From an uncultured Fusobacteriales bacterium (GTDB lineage Bacteria > Fusobacteriota > Fusobacteriia > Fusobacteriales > Leptotrichiaceae), in NCBI GenBank assembly GCA_964469865.1, contig CAYYAV010000001.1, forward strand, positions 1 through 32,044: a DNA stretch of 32,044 nucleotides. The letters are read 5' to 3'. Made by a program: the position numbers and the translations under genes. Positions 1 to 8,604 of the stretch are shown in pieces; position 1 is the stretch's first letter, and each line of letters opens with the position of its first letter. Below the pieces are notes generated by a model. The model ran no database searches. It had not been told where the DNA came from and saw only the letters and a program-made list of their open reading frames with translations.

Positions 1-114
1 AGTTATTTTACCATATATTATTTAGAGGTTTACACAAAATTTTTTACACACCCTATAGACTGTATTAATTTTCAGGAAATAACCTATGTAGGTGATTATT
101 ACCTTATAAAATGA

Positions 115-756
115 TTAACACACAGTTCCTTCTGATTTTTTGATATCCCCTTCATTTGCAACGATAGCCTCAATAGCTGATATCAATGCTAAAATAATGG
201 TTTCTAATGACATTGAAGGCATATTCCTTTTATCTACTACCTGTTCAGGAAGGAAAGGAATATGAATGAAGCCGGATTTCTTTCCTTTATATTTCTTCTC
301 AATCAGATAACGGACACCATACAAGACATGATTACATACAAAGGTTCCCGCTGTATAGGAAATAGAAGCCGGAATATCTGTTCTTCTTATATTTTCAACC
401 ATAGCTTTTACAGGAAGAGTAGAAAAATATGCAGGCTCTCCATCACTAAAGACAGGTTCATCTACAATCTGGTTTCCCTCATTATCAGCAATACGGAAAT
501 CATCAATGTTGATTCCTATACGTTCTACAGTAATGTCAGATCTTCCACCTGCCTGACCTATGGAAAGAATAATATCAGGGTCATATTTTTTTATGGCTTC
601 ATCTATTCTTTGTAAAGACTTTCTTGCAACAGTCGGAATTTCCAATTTTATAATTTCAGCTCCTGCAATAGTATCAGGCAGCTGTTTTACGGATTCTATA
701 GCAGGATTGATTTTTTCTCCTCCAAAAGGATCGAATCCTGTAACTAATATCTTCAT
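115..756 (-). CDS. pcp: Pyrrolidone-carboxylate (pyroglutamyl) peptidase I, peptidase family C15
   Basis: 213-aa ORF. N-terminus [19 protein letters not shown] motif, catalytic Cys context GTFVCNH and His context GFIHIP. AAGGAGG Shine-Dalgarno 8 nt upstream of ATG 756. Confidence 0.95.
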   Translation of the reverse strand: MKILVTGFDPFGGEKINPAIESVKQLPDTIAGAEIIKLEIPTVARKSLQRIDEAIKKYDPDIILSIGQAGGRSDITVERIGINIDDFRIADNEGNQIVDEPVFSDGEPAYFSTLPVKAMVENIRRTDIPASISYTAGTFVCNHVLYGVRYLIEKKYKGKKSGFIHIPFLPEQVVDKRNMPSMSLETIILALISAIEAIVANEGDIKKSEGTVC

Positions 757-778
757 TTGATGAACCTCCTTATAAAAA

Positions 779-1717
779 TCATCTAAATCCTAGTAAGAGC
801 ATCAGTATTATATGTATTATAAGTAATAATAATGCTATAGGAATCTGGGTCCTGATTACTCCATATTTATTCTTCATTTCAAGAATTGAAGCAGGAACAA
901 TATTAAAATTGGCAGCCATAGGAGTCATAAGTGTACCACAATATCCAGCTGTCATTCCCAGAGCCCCTATAACAACAGGATTTCCACCATGAGCTATGAC
1001 GAAAGGGATACCAATTCCTACAGTAATTACTGAAAATGCGGCAAAGGCATTTCCCATAATCATTGTAAAAATAGCCATTCCTAGTGCATATAAGATAATT
1101 CCTGCAGTTATATTGCCCGAAGGGACTATAGAAGATACACTTCCTGCTATGACATTACCAACACCGGCTTTAGTAAATACTGATCCCAGTGCTGCCAATA
1201 ACTGAGGAAGAAGAGCAGAAGCCCCTGTAAGCATCAGAAGTCTATTAGTATCGTCGATATTTTCCTTTATATCAGGTTTTATAAGCATATAACCGGCAAG
1301 CAGCGCTATAAGGGAACCGCCGCCTATTCCAATTGCTGAAGGCATAGAAACTTTTCCGATTTTAAATTGTAGTATCAGGAAAGCAGAAATACCGATTAAT
1401 AATGCCGGAATAAAAATTTTATTTCCAAATTTTTCACTCTGGGCTATTTTAAATTCCGGAGATACTGCTTCAAATCTTCCAGGTTTCAATTGCCCTGTAA
1501 CGGTTATCAGACCTAGAATGAGCAGAAGACCCCCTGTTACTTCATATGGAATATGTTTTCCGGCAATAAAAATAAAACCGACAATACTCCAGAATAAGAA
1601 TGTTCCAAGTTTTCCTTTCTCATTTTTAAGCCCTCTTATTGCAGCACTTATACTTACCAGTCCACAGAGAGAAAAAATTATTTCAGTTATAATATTTAAG
1701 AAAATTTTTATATCCAT
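779..1717 (-). CDS. DUF979-family polytopic membrane protein, partner of DUF969
   Basis: 312-aa very hydrophobic ORF on the same strand, 22 nt upstream of pcp and 5 nt downstream of the DUF969-like ORF. This gene trio is a recurrent arrangement. Family call is from memory of the family, not a search. Confidence 0.75.
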   Translation of the reverse strand: MDIKIFLNIITEIIFSLCGLVSISAAIRGLKNEKGKLGTFLFWSIVGFIFIAGKHIPYEVTGGLLLILGLITVTGQLKPGRFEAVSPEFKIAQSEKFGNKIFIPALLIGISAFLILQFKIGKVSMPSAIGIGGGSLIALLAGYMLIKPDIKENIDDTNRLLMLTGASALLPQLLAALGSVFTKAGVGNVIAGSVSSIVPSGNITAGIILYALGMAIFTMIMGNAFAAFSVITVGIGIPFVIAHGGNPVVIGALGMTAGYCGTLMTPMAANFNIVPASILEMKNKYGVIRTQIPIALLLLIIHIILMLLLGFR

Positions 1718-1722
1718 TATCC

Positions 1723-2409
1723 TTAGCCCCTTTCCATTTTTTTATGTGATGTCCTAATTCTTCTATCATAAAGAGTTACCTGAACTATAGCAGCTATAAT
1801 GGCAATAATTCCTACCGGGATAGAATAGAAGGCAAGCTGTTCCAGTGAAACGGGATGCCCGGCTTCTTTTAGAGTTCCCTGGATCAGGAGAAGTCCTGAA
1901 GCTCCGACAAATATATTCTGTGAGAAGAAGTTTGCATAATTTTCTACAGCAGCACTGAGCCCCTTCAGTTTTTCATTTTCCTCATCTGAAAGATTATCTC
2001 CTTTAGAAGATTCTGCTGCTGCTTCTGACATTGGAAAGATAAGAGGACGTATAAACTGAATATGACCCCCGATTCTGATGGATAGAGCAGCTGCAATAGA
2101 ACGGATAATCATATATAATCCTAGAATTTTTCCCGCTGTGGCATTTTTAAGCCCCGAAATAAGAGATGCACTTCTTTCTCTGAGTCCATATCTCTCCAGT
2201 AATGCTATAACTGGAAAACTGATAAAAAAAATAGACATCAGCCTATTGTTTACAAAGGCTTCCCCCATGATTTTAAGAATTTCCAAAAATTCAATCTTTG
2301 CTGCAAGGCCTGTAGCAACTCCTGCAAGCAGGACTACGGCAAGAACATCGAGTTTTAGTGCAAAACCGATGACAATAATAGCAATTCCTATAAGTACTAA
2401 TAAGTTCAT
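1723..2409 (-). CDS. DUF969-family membrane protein
   Basis: Hydrophobic ORF. I place the start at ATG 2409 (MNLLVLIGIAIIV...) because AAAGGAG lies 5 nt upstream. The ORF-track extension to 2469 runs into a candidate promoter. Confidence 0.7.
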   Translation of the reverse strand: MNLLVLIGIAIIVIGFALKLDVLAVVLLAGVATGLAAKIEFLEILKIMGEAFVNNRLMSIFFISFPVIALLERYGLRERSASLISGLKNATAGKILGLYMIIRSIAAALSIRIGGHIQFIRPLIFPMSEAAAESSKGDNLSDEENEKLKGLSAAVENYANFFSQNIFVGASGLLLIQGTLKEAGHPVSLEQLAFYSIPVGIIAIIAAIVQVTLYDRRIRTSHKKMERG

Positions 2410-2441
2410 AAAATCTCCTTTCAAAGTTATGGATATAATAA

Positions 2442-2469
2442 ATTCTACCTTGAAAATAGCTAAATGCAA
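2442..2469 (-). promoter_or_regulatory. Candidate sigma70-type promoter of the DUF969-DUF979-pcp operon
   Basis: Minus strand reads TTGCAT (2469-2464), 16-nt spacer, TAGAAT (2447-2442), about 30 nt upstream of the SD and ATG at 2409. Confidence 0.35.
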
Positions 2470-2498
2470 GAGGGGGCTACATATTTAAAAAGAATATA

Positions 2499-2544
2499 AA
2501 AATAAAAAAGATATATTTATCGGGATACCCTACTAAATATATCT
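2499..2544 (-). terminator. Intrinsic terminator downstream of htrA
   Basis: 11-bp inverted repeat agatatattta (2509-2519) / taaatatatct (2534-2544), with an inner GGG/CCC pair in the loop. On the minus-strand RNA it is followed by UUUUUUAUUUU (plus-strand A-run 2498-2508). The stem is AT-rich, so stability is modest. Confidence 0.5.
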
Positions 2545-2610
2545 CTTCATATATGTAATTTTTCAGATTCAGAATAATTTTTAGAAGTTGTTCTCCAGTA
2601 TTATAGATGG

Positions 2611-3714
2611 TTATCTCTGCTGCAGGTTCTGCTGCGTAACTTTTCCAAGGACAACATTTACTATTTTTTCTTTTCCGTCAGAATAAACCTTTAAAGTTAC
2701 TGTCTCCCCTACTTTTTTTGCAGCCAGTTCTCCTAGGAATGCCCCTGCTGAATATATCCTCTTGCCATTCATTTCAGTAATGAAGTCATTAGACTTCAAA
2801 CCAGATTTTTCAGCTGGAGATCCTTCAAATACTTTTTCTATCAGAAGGCCTGTAGAAAATGGAATCTTCATTTTCTGGGTATCTGCTGAAGTCAGATTTT
2901 TAATAGAAATTCCTAAATAAGGTCTTTCATATTTTCCGGTTTTTATAATAGAATCCTTTACATTCTGTGCAAGATTTGAAGGAATCGCAAAGCCTAGACC
3001 TACACTGCCTCCGGTAGTAGAGTATATAGCAGTATTTACTCCTATGACATTTCCGTTAATATCTAGTAGAGGTCCACCGCTGTTTCCCTGATTGATAGCA
3101 GCATCTGTCTGGATAAAGTTTTCTATCTGTTCAATACCTAGTGAGCTTCTTCCTGAAGCACCTATAACTCCTACAGTCATTGAACTGTTCAATCCAAGAG
3201 GATTACCGAAAGCTATAGCCCAGTGTCCTATTTTTATATTATCTGAATTAGCAAAGGATAACGGGATAAATTTCTGTGAAGAATTTATCTTTAATATGGC
3301 GATATCTACTTCAGGAGCTCCGCCTACAATCTTTGCAGAATATTCATATCCGTCAGACCCTTTCACATAGATTTCATCAGCTCCATCAATTACATGATTA
3401 TTTGTCATGACATAACCGTCACTGGAAATAATAAATCCCGATCCTAGGCTTCCTGACTCCCTTTTGATCTGTCTCCTTCCTGAAGTACCGAATAAAAATG
3501 CTTCCAAAGGATTAAAGGTATCAACTGTAATAGTTTTTTTTGTACGTGTATTTACAACGGAATCTTTAACCTTTTCATAGATATTTGCAAAGGCCTCCTG
3601 TGTCTTATAGATATCTGATGACTGACTATTATTTACAGGCATAGCAGCTGTAAAAGAGTTAAAGGATATCACTGCTAATGCAGATAAGATGATAAAAATT
3701 TTTCTAAATTTCAT
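2611..3714 (-). CDS. htrA: HtrA/DegP-family periplasmic serine endoprotease (S1C) with one C-terminal PDZ domain
   Basis: 367 aa. Signal peptide MKFRKIFIILSALAVISFNSFTA, catalytic His context TNNHVIDGA, Ser context GNSGGPLLD, and a PDZ-like tail (GLLIEKVFEGSPAEKSGLKSNDFI). Confidence 0.9.
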   Translation of the reverse strand: MKFRKIFIILSALAVISFNSFTAAMPVNNSQSSDIYKTQEAFANIYEKVKDSVVNTRTKKTITVDTFNPLEAFLFGTSGRRQIKRESGSLGSGFIISSDGYVMTNNHVIDGADEIYVKGSDGYEYSAKIVGGAPEVDIAILKINSSQKFIPLSFANSDNIKIGHWAIAFGNPLGLNSSMTVGVIGASGRSSLGIEQIENFIQTDAAINQGNSGGPLLDINGNVIGVNTAIYSTTGGSVGLGFAIPSNLAQNVKDSIIKTGKYERPYLGISIKNLTSADTQKMKIPFSTGLLIEKVFEGSPAEKSGLKSNDFITEMNGKRIYSAGAFLGELAAKKVGETVTLKVYSDGKEKIVNVVLGKVTQQNLQQR

Positions 3715-3892
3715 AATAATTAACTATGAGATAGTATTAAGTAAGATTAGAACCAGTCTCATATACTCCTTTCTTTCTATTTTGACAGTTAATTATAATT
3801 TGTTATTATTAGAAAAGAAGTAAAGAATGAATTATAAAAATCTTAGAAAAAATATGGAATTAAGTTACATAGCAAAACTAGGAACCAATCTT

Positions 3893-3938
3893 AAAAATAA
3901 AAAGAGTGAAATTACCAGATATCATGTATTCACTCTTT
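3893..3938 (-). terminator. Candidate intrinsic terminator of the SBP-flavoprotein operon
   Basis: 10-bp inverted repeat aaagagtgaa (3901-3910) / ttcactcttt (3929-3938) with an 18-nt loop. On minus-strand RNA it is followed by a U-rich run (plus-strand aaaaataa 3893-3900). It lies 33 nt after the DUF1667 stop. Confidence 0.45.
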
Positions 3939-3971
3939 CTAAAATATGATTTTATGTCGAATGTATTCTTA

Positions 3972-4316
3972 TTACATATCTTTAGTAACGATTAGATCTG
4001 CACCTGTATCAAAAATATTCCTGATTACTATATCACCGCGTTTTACAGGAGAAGCGAGTTCAATTTTTTTAAGTTCTTCCATAACCTTGAAATTCAAATT
4101 TTTAGGTATTGCTTCAGAAGTTTTTACAGGGCATCTGGAATTTAAGGAATTTTTTATTTTGACGGTTGATGTTATGACTCTTTTAGGAGATCTTACTTCT
4201 TCCTTTCCGTAAATTTCTCCCCTGTAACAGGCATTTCCATCTACAGAAAAAGTTTCAGTATCTACACTTAGATGACAACCTAGAGGGCAGACTGTGCATA
4301 CTATCCTTTTTTCCAT
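3972..4316 (-). CDS. DUF1667 domain protein, small Cys-rich subunit of a GlpA-like flavoprotein cluster
   Basis: 114 aa. N-terminal CTVCPLGCHLSVD and GNACYRG motifs and PVKT...IPK, all typical of DUF1667. AAAGGA SD upstream. Confidence 0.85.
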   Translation of the reverse strand: MEKRIVCTVCPLGCHLSVDTETFSVDGNACYRGEIYGKEEVRSPKRVITSTVKIKNSLNSRCPVKTSEAIPKNLNFKVMEELKKIELASPVKRGDIVIRNIFDTGADLIVTKDM

Positions 4317-4345
4317 AATTTATCCTTTCTATTGTGCCAGAGATA

Positions 4346-5623
4346 TCAGTCAGGGAGAGCTCCTATCTGGCCGTCTTCTACAACTTCAGCTGTGGCTTCA
4401 AATTCCTCAAGATTTTGAAGTTTTTTTTGAGGAATTATAATTCTCTCCATTTCTCCTGGAGCCATATGTTTTCTTTTTTTTGATATCAGTATTCTGTTTC
4501 CGCTTCTTATCTCCAGCCTTGTATTTTTGAAAACTTTGTTAACCCTCATAAAAACTTCAAGAGAATCTCCTATATTTTCCAGACGGATTCTCTGAGGAAC
4601 TGTATAGGATATTCCGTTTCCATTCAGAAATCTTATATATTTCCCATCCTTTATCCCTTTTTTTATATATAGGGCTGCAAATTTTCCGGCTTTCCTGGAC
4701 TCTCTGCTCACAAAATCCACAAGATCGTGTACATGTACAACATTACCAGAGGCAAAAATTCCGGGAATGCTTGTTTCCATGCATTCATTTACAACAGGAC
4801 CGTTTGTTCTGAAGTCTATTTCTATTCCAGTTGTCCTTGAAATATCATTTTCGGGGATTAATCCTACTGAAAGGAGAAGAGTATCACATTCATATTCTAC
4901 CTCAGTTCCAGGTATAGGCTTCCTTTTTTCATCAACCTGTGCAATTATAACCTTTTCAACTCTGTATTTACCTCTTATATCGACAACGGTGTGATTCAGA
5001 TATAAAGGAATGTCATAATCGTCCAGGCATTGGACTATATTCCTTGTAAGTCCGCTGGAAAAAGGCATAATCTCCACAACGGCTAATACACTAGCACCTT
5101 CAAGGGCAAGCCTTCTGGCCATAATAAGTCCGATATCTCCGGAACCTAGGAAAACAGCTCTTTTCCCAATCATATATCCTTCAATATTTATATATCTCTG
5201 AGCAGTTCCTGCAGTGAATACTCCTGCAGGTCTGTCACCCGGAATGGCTATGGCTTCTCTTGTACGCTCTCTGCATCCCATTGTAAGGATAACCGCTTGA
5301 GCCTCTATTATCATGTATCCATCCCTGCTATTTACAGCGTGGACTATTTTTTCAGGAAATACTTCCAGAACCATGGTATCAAGCCGGTATTCTATTCCCA
5401 ACTCTTTTACCTGTTCTTCAAATCTCTGTGCATACTCAGGGCCTGTAAGTTCTTCTCCGAATTCATGAAGTCCAAATCCGTTATGTATACATTGTTGAAG
5501 TATTCCGCCAAGCTCTTTTTCCCTCTCTATTATCAGTATGCTGTCAATTCCATTTTTTTTTGCCTCTATTGCAGCAGCTAGACCTGCAGGACCACCACCG
5601 ATGATGACTATATCATAATTCAT
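4346..5623 (-). CDS. FAD-dependent pyridine nucleotide-disulfide oxidoreductase-family protein
   Basis: 425 aa. N-terminal dinucleotide-binding motif VIIGGGPAGLAAA and a second Rossmann motif FLGSGDIGL. GGAGGA SD. Start is 12 nt after the stop of the upstream gene. Confidence 0.85.
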   Translation of the reverse strand: MNYDIVIIGGGPAGLAAAIEAKKNGIDSILIIEREKELGGILQQCIHNGFGLHEFGEELTGPEYAQRFEEQVKELGIEYRLDTMVLEVFPEKIVHAVNSRDGYMIIEAQAVILTMGCRERTREAIAIPGDRPAGVFTAGTAQRYINIEGYMIGKRAVFLGSGDIGLIMARRLALEGASVLAVVEIMPFSSGLTRNIVQCLDDYDIPLYLNHTVVDIRGKYRVEKVIIAQVDEKRKPIPGTEVEYECDTLLLSVGLIPENDISRTTGIEIDFRTNGPVVNECMETSIPGIFASGNVVHVHDLVDFVSRESRKAGKFAALYIKKGIKDGKYIRFLNGNGISYTVPQRIRLENIGDSLEVFMRVNKVFKNTRLEIRSGNRILISKKRKHMAPGEMERIIIPQKKLQNLEEFEATAEVVEDGQIGALPD

Positions 5624-5635
5624 AATATTTTCCTC

Positions 5636-7066
5636 CTATCGGGTCTTTCCTGTCAGGATATAGGATCCTCTTTCTTCCAGAACTATATCCTCCATATTCA
5701 TGTTTAATTCCCGTGCCAGTATTTCCATTACACGTGGACCGCAGAATCCACCCTGACATCTCCCTGATCCGGGTCTGCATCTCCGTTTTATACCATTCAG
5801 TGTGCGCCCACCACATTTTCTGTGAATAGAGTCTATAATTTCACCTTCAGTTATATTTTCGCATCTGCATATAATTCTCCCATATTTTGAATCTTTTTTT
5901 ATAATTTCAGACTTCTCTTCAGGAGAAAGGCATGAAAAATATAATTGTTTTCTGTTTTTTATAATATACTGACTTTTTTTGACATTTCCCAGATACTTAA
6001 CTACCATTTGTGCTAGATCATGTGCCATAGCAGGGGCAGCAGTAAGTCCCGGAGACTTTGTACCTGCCATATTGAAAAAACCTTTAACATCGTCAGATTC
6101 GCCTAATATAAAGTCTCCTGTGTCGGATTCAGCCCTGAGGCCGGCAAAATTCTTAATATTGTTACTGAAATTAATATCTTTTAGGCTTTTCAAGGCTGAT
6201 TCCCTTATGGAATCAAGTCCGCTTTGTGTATTTCTCATACTATTTCTATTTTCTACATCTGAAGCTGTAGGACCTACTAGTATATTTCCATGTACAGTCT
6301 TAGCTATAAGCACTCCTTTTCCCATTTCTGTAGGACATTGAAAAATAATGCTGTCTGTCAGATATCCCTGATTCCTGTCTAACAGAAAATACTCTCCTAT
6401 CCTAGGAGTTATTGTAAATTTCTTTTCTGATAGCATATTATTCAAAATATCAGCATGTACACCTGCAGCATTTATGACAGACCGTGTTTTAAGTAACGTT
6501 CCTCCTTTAAGATGTATCAGGAAATGCTCACCTGTTTTTTCAATCTTTATAACTTCAGAATTCAGTTTCAGTTCAGCCCCATTTTCCATAGCATTTTCTA
6601 TAAGCTTTATAGCAAGTTCCCATGGACCTGTAATACCGGCAGTTCCTGCATAAAGGGCGGCGACAGCCTCTTTGCTTATATGGGGTTCTCTCTTTCTGAG
6701 TTCTTCCTTTTCGATGATTTCAAGTTCAGGAACATTATTATTTATTCCACGCCTGTATAACAGCTCAAGATGCTGCCTGTCTTCTTTAGAGAAAGCTAAG
6801 ACATAGGAACCTGTTTTTCTGTAAGGGGCATCAACTTCACTACATAGCTTTTCGTACATGGCATTTCCTTCTACATTGTATTTTGCCATGAGAGTCCCTT
6901 CCTTTGCATCATATCCTGCATGTACTATGGCAGAATTAGCTTTTGTGGTTCCACAGGAGACGTCATTGCTCTTCTCTATTATAATGATATTCAGGTCATA
7001 AAGGGAAAGTTCCCTTGCTACGGCAGCACCCATTATTCCACTGCCTATAACAGCTACGTCAGTCAT
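5636..7066 (-). CDS. FAD-dependent glycerol-3-phosphate dehydrogenase-like oxidoreductase with a C-terminal BFD-like [2Fe-2S] domain
   Basis: 476 aa. VAVIGSGIMGAAVAREL FAD motif and a C-terminal Cys cluster CRCENITEGEI...CRPGSGRCQGGFC. AAGGAG SD 7 nt upstream. Confidence 0.85.
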   Translation of the reverse strand: MTDVAVIGSGIMGAAVARELSLYDLNIIIIEKSNDVSCGTTKANSAIVHAGYDAKEGTLMAKYNVEGNAMYEKLCSEVDAPYRKTGSYVLAFSKEDRQHLELLYRRGINNNVPELEIIEKEELRKREPHISKEAVAALYAGTAGITGPWELAIKLIENAMENGAELKLNSEVIKIEKTGEHFLIHLKGGTLLKTRSVINAAGVHADILNNMLSEKKFTITPRIGEYFLLDRNQGYLTDSIIFQCPTEMGKGVLIAKTVHGNILVGPTASDVENRNSMRNTQSGLDSIRESALKSLKDINFSNNIKNFAGLRAESDTGDFILGESDDVKGFFNMAGTKSPGLTAAPAMAHDLAQMVVKYLGNVKKSQYIIKNRKQLYFSCLSPEEKSEIIKKDSKYGRIICRCENITEGEIIDSIHRKCGGRTLNGIKRRCRPGSGRCQGGFCGPRVMEILARELNMNMEDIVLEERGSYILTGKTR

Positions 7067-7082
7067 CGGTATACTCCTTGTG

Positions 7083-8138
7083 CTATTTGGATTTCAATAT
7101 ATTCTTTTCAAACATTAACCTCAGGCTTTCTCTATTTTTATAAGTGGATTCCCAGTTTATAGGCATAGCCGACTTCAATACTTCAGATGTTGGTATAGCG
7201 TCATAAGGAGCTTTTTCAGGATTTTTCAGCACGGAATGCATCCATCCGGCAACAATTGCCTGTTGTCCTTCAGGGGAAAGGAACCAGTCTGTGACAGCTT
7301 CTACAGCTTTCATATTTTTACTTGCAGATAGTTCTTCTTTGATAGACATGATAGGACTTGGTGTAGAGATTACGCCATCAGAAGGATATATTATTTCCAG
7401 TACCGATTTTTCTTCTTCCCGTTTCTTTAGTATGGATTCTTCCAGAATCATAATCTGTAAGGCTTCTCCTGTTTCCAGTTTAGTTACTGCCACCGATCCT
7501 GATTCTACAGTAGGTTTTTGTCCGGCAAGAGTCTGGAAATATTTTTCTCCATATTTTTCATTTAGTGCAGAAACGGATGCTAATGCAGTTCCTGACTTCA
7601 GAGGATCAGGAATGGAGATTTTACCTGAAAGTTCAGGTTTGCCTGCGAATTCTTCAAAGCTCTGGGCAACTTTATCCTTTGATATTTTTTCCGGATTGTA
7701 GGCAAGGATCATATTTGAAATACGCACAGGATACCAGTATCCTTCCTTATCGTAATCTAAAGCGATATTTTCTGCATTTTTGGAAATATAGGGATGGAGG
7801 ATACCTTTTTCTTTTAACTCGAGAGCATAGGAAGTCTCTGCAACCATGAGGATGTCTGCTCCTAGTTTATTTGACTGCATTTCAGCGGCAATTTTTGACT
7901 GAAGGGTTCCTGTTCCACCCTGAAAGAATTCTACTTCAAGGTTTGGAAACTTTTTTTTGAGCTTCTCTTTGACGTTGTCAATTATATCTTCATACATGGA
8001 GGTATAGATGACAATCTTACCTGTTATTTCGGTATCTGCTTTTTCAGAAGAATCCGAAGTTGCTTTTTTCTGACCACATGCTGTTAACAATAAGACAGCT
8101 AGTAATACTACCAAAAATCCTAAAATTTTTCTTTTCAT
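7083..8138 (-). CDS. ABC-transporter periplasmic substrate-binding lipoprotein, family 1, FbpA/AfuA-like (ligand uncertain)
   Basis: 351 aa. Lipobox LLLTAC|GQ. Size and motifs (KIVIYTSMYED, GADILMV, YWYPV) resemble the Fe3+/AfuA-type SBP class. GGGAGG SD. No permease or ATPase gene is adjacent. Confidence 0.8.
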   Translation of the reverse strand: MKRKILGFLVVLLAVLLLTACGQKKATSDSSEKADTEITGKIVIYTSMYEDIIDNVKEKLKKKFPNLEVEFFQGGTGTLQSKIAAEMQSNKLGADILMVAETSYALELKEKGILHPYISKNAENIALDYDKEGYWYPVRISNMILAYNPEKISKDKVAQSFEEFAGKPELSGKISIPDPLKSGTALASVSALNEKYGEKYFQTLAGQKPTVESGSVAVTKLETGEALQIMILEESILKKREEEKSVLEIIYPSDGVISTPSPIMSIKEELSASKNMKAVEAVTDWFLSPEGQQAIVAGWMHSVLKNPEKAPYDAIPTSEVLKSAMPINWESTYKNRESLRLMFEKNILKSK

Positions 8139-8164
8139 ATTTTTCCTCCCTTAATAGAATAAGT

Positions 8165-8187
8165 TGTTATAAACTTTGTTTATAACA
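8165..8187. promoter_or_regulatory. Perfect 10-3-10 palindrome (candidate operator or leader hairpin) upstream of the SBP gene
   Basis: tgttataaac ttt gtttataaca, with perfectly complementary arms. It lies 27-49 nt upstream of the SBP start codon at 8138. Confidence 0.3.
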
Positions 8188-8508
8188 CTATTTTATTTAA
8201 ATATTCTGTTACTGTAGTTAAACTTAATGATATTGATAATATCTGTATTATTTATTGAGGTATATTTTTTCAAAAAAATAGTGATATGTTTCATTCTGAT
8301 TGTATAATTTTCTGTAAAAATTATATAATTGTAATTAATGAAATATCACCTAAAAAAAGAATATGACAGCCATTTTATTTGATATTTTATTGTACCTCGA
8401 TAATGGTAAATGTCAAGAAAAGAATCAGAGAAAAAATAAAAACATTATTCAGCTTCCGCATATGTTTAATAACGGACAATACTTCAGACAAAACACTGAA
8501 AAATCTAA

Positions 8509-8537
8509 TTGTAAAAAATCCCATATTAAGTTATAAT
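8509..8537 (+). promoter_or_regulatory. Candidate sigma70-type promoter of the mnmG-rsmG-parB operon
   Basis: TTGTAA (8509-8514), 17-nt spacer, TATAAT (8532-8537), about 68 nt upstream of the mnmG ATG. Confidence 0.35.
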
Positions 8538-8604
8538 ATAGAGAAAATAATATTAAAATCATAAATTGAAGATAGACAGAGAAATATTTAGAATGGAGAA
8601 ATAA

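Noticed and set aside
1-114. Possible partial gene or terminator at the left window edge, downstream of pcp.
   Set aside because: There is no open frame of useful length on either strand. I found only a 4-bp AGGT/ACCT stem and a short direct repeat (ttacaca). This is insufficient for any call.
2410-2469. ORF-track N-terminal extensions: DUF969 from 2469, tamB from TTG 12104, lpxD from 18961 and ddl from 23254.
   Set aside because: In each case a downstream ATG has a well-spaced GGAG-type SD and yields the N-terminus expected for the family. The extensions add non-conserved residues and overlap promoter or intergenic sequence.
5613-5816. 67-aa minus-strand ORF spanning the junction of the two flavoprotein genes.
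   Set aside because: It lies out of frame within the 3' end of the GlpA-like gene and overlaps the next gene's SD and start. It has an implausible W/G/R-rich sequence and no independent signals.
8303-8325. Inverted repeat tataatttt-ctgta-aaaattata in the divergent intergenic region.
   Set aside because: The 9-bp arms are purely A/T in a very AT-rich spacer. This is expected by chance and too weak to call a hairpin or operator.
8139-8604. Possible chromosomal replication origin, given the AT-rich 466-bp divergent intergenic region beside mnmG-rsmG-parB.
   Set aside because: I could not find any TTATCCACA/TGTGGATAA-type DnaA boxes or clustered near-matches by eye, and dnaA/dnaN are not here. 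It is most simply a divergent promoter region. A DnaA-box PWM scan and GC-skew analysis of the whole genome would settle it.
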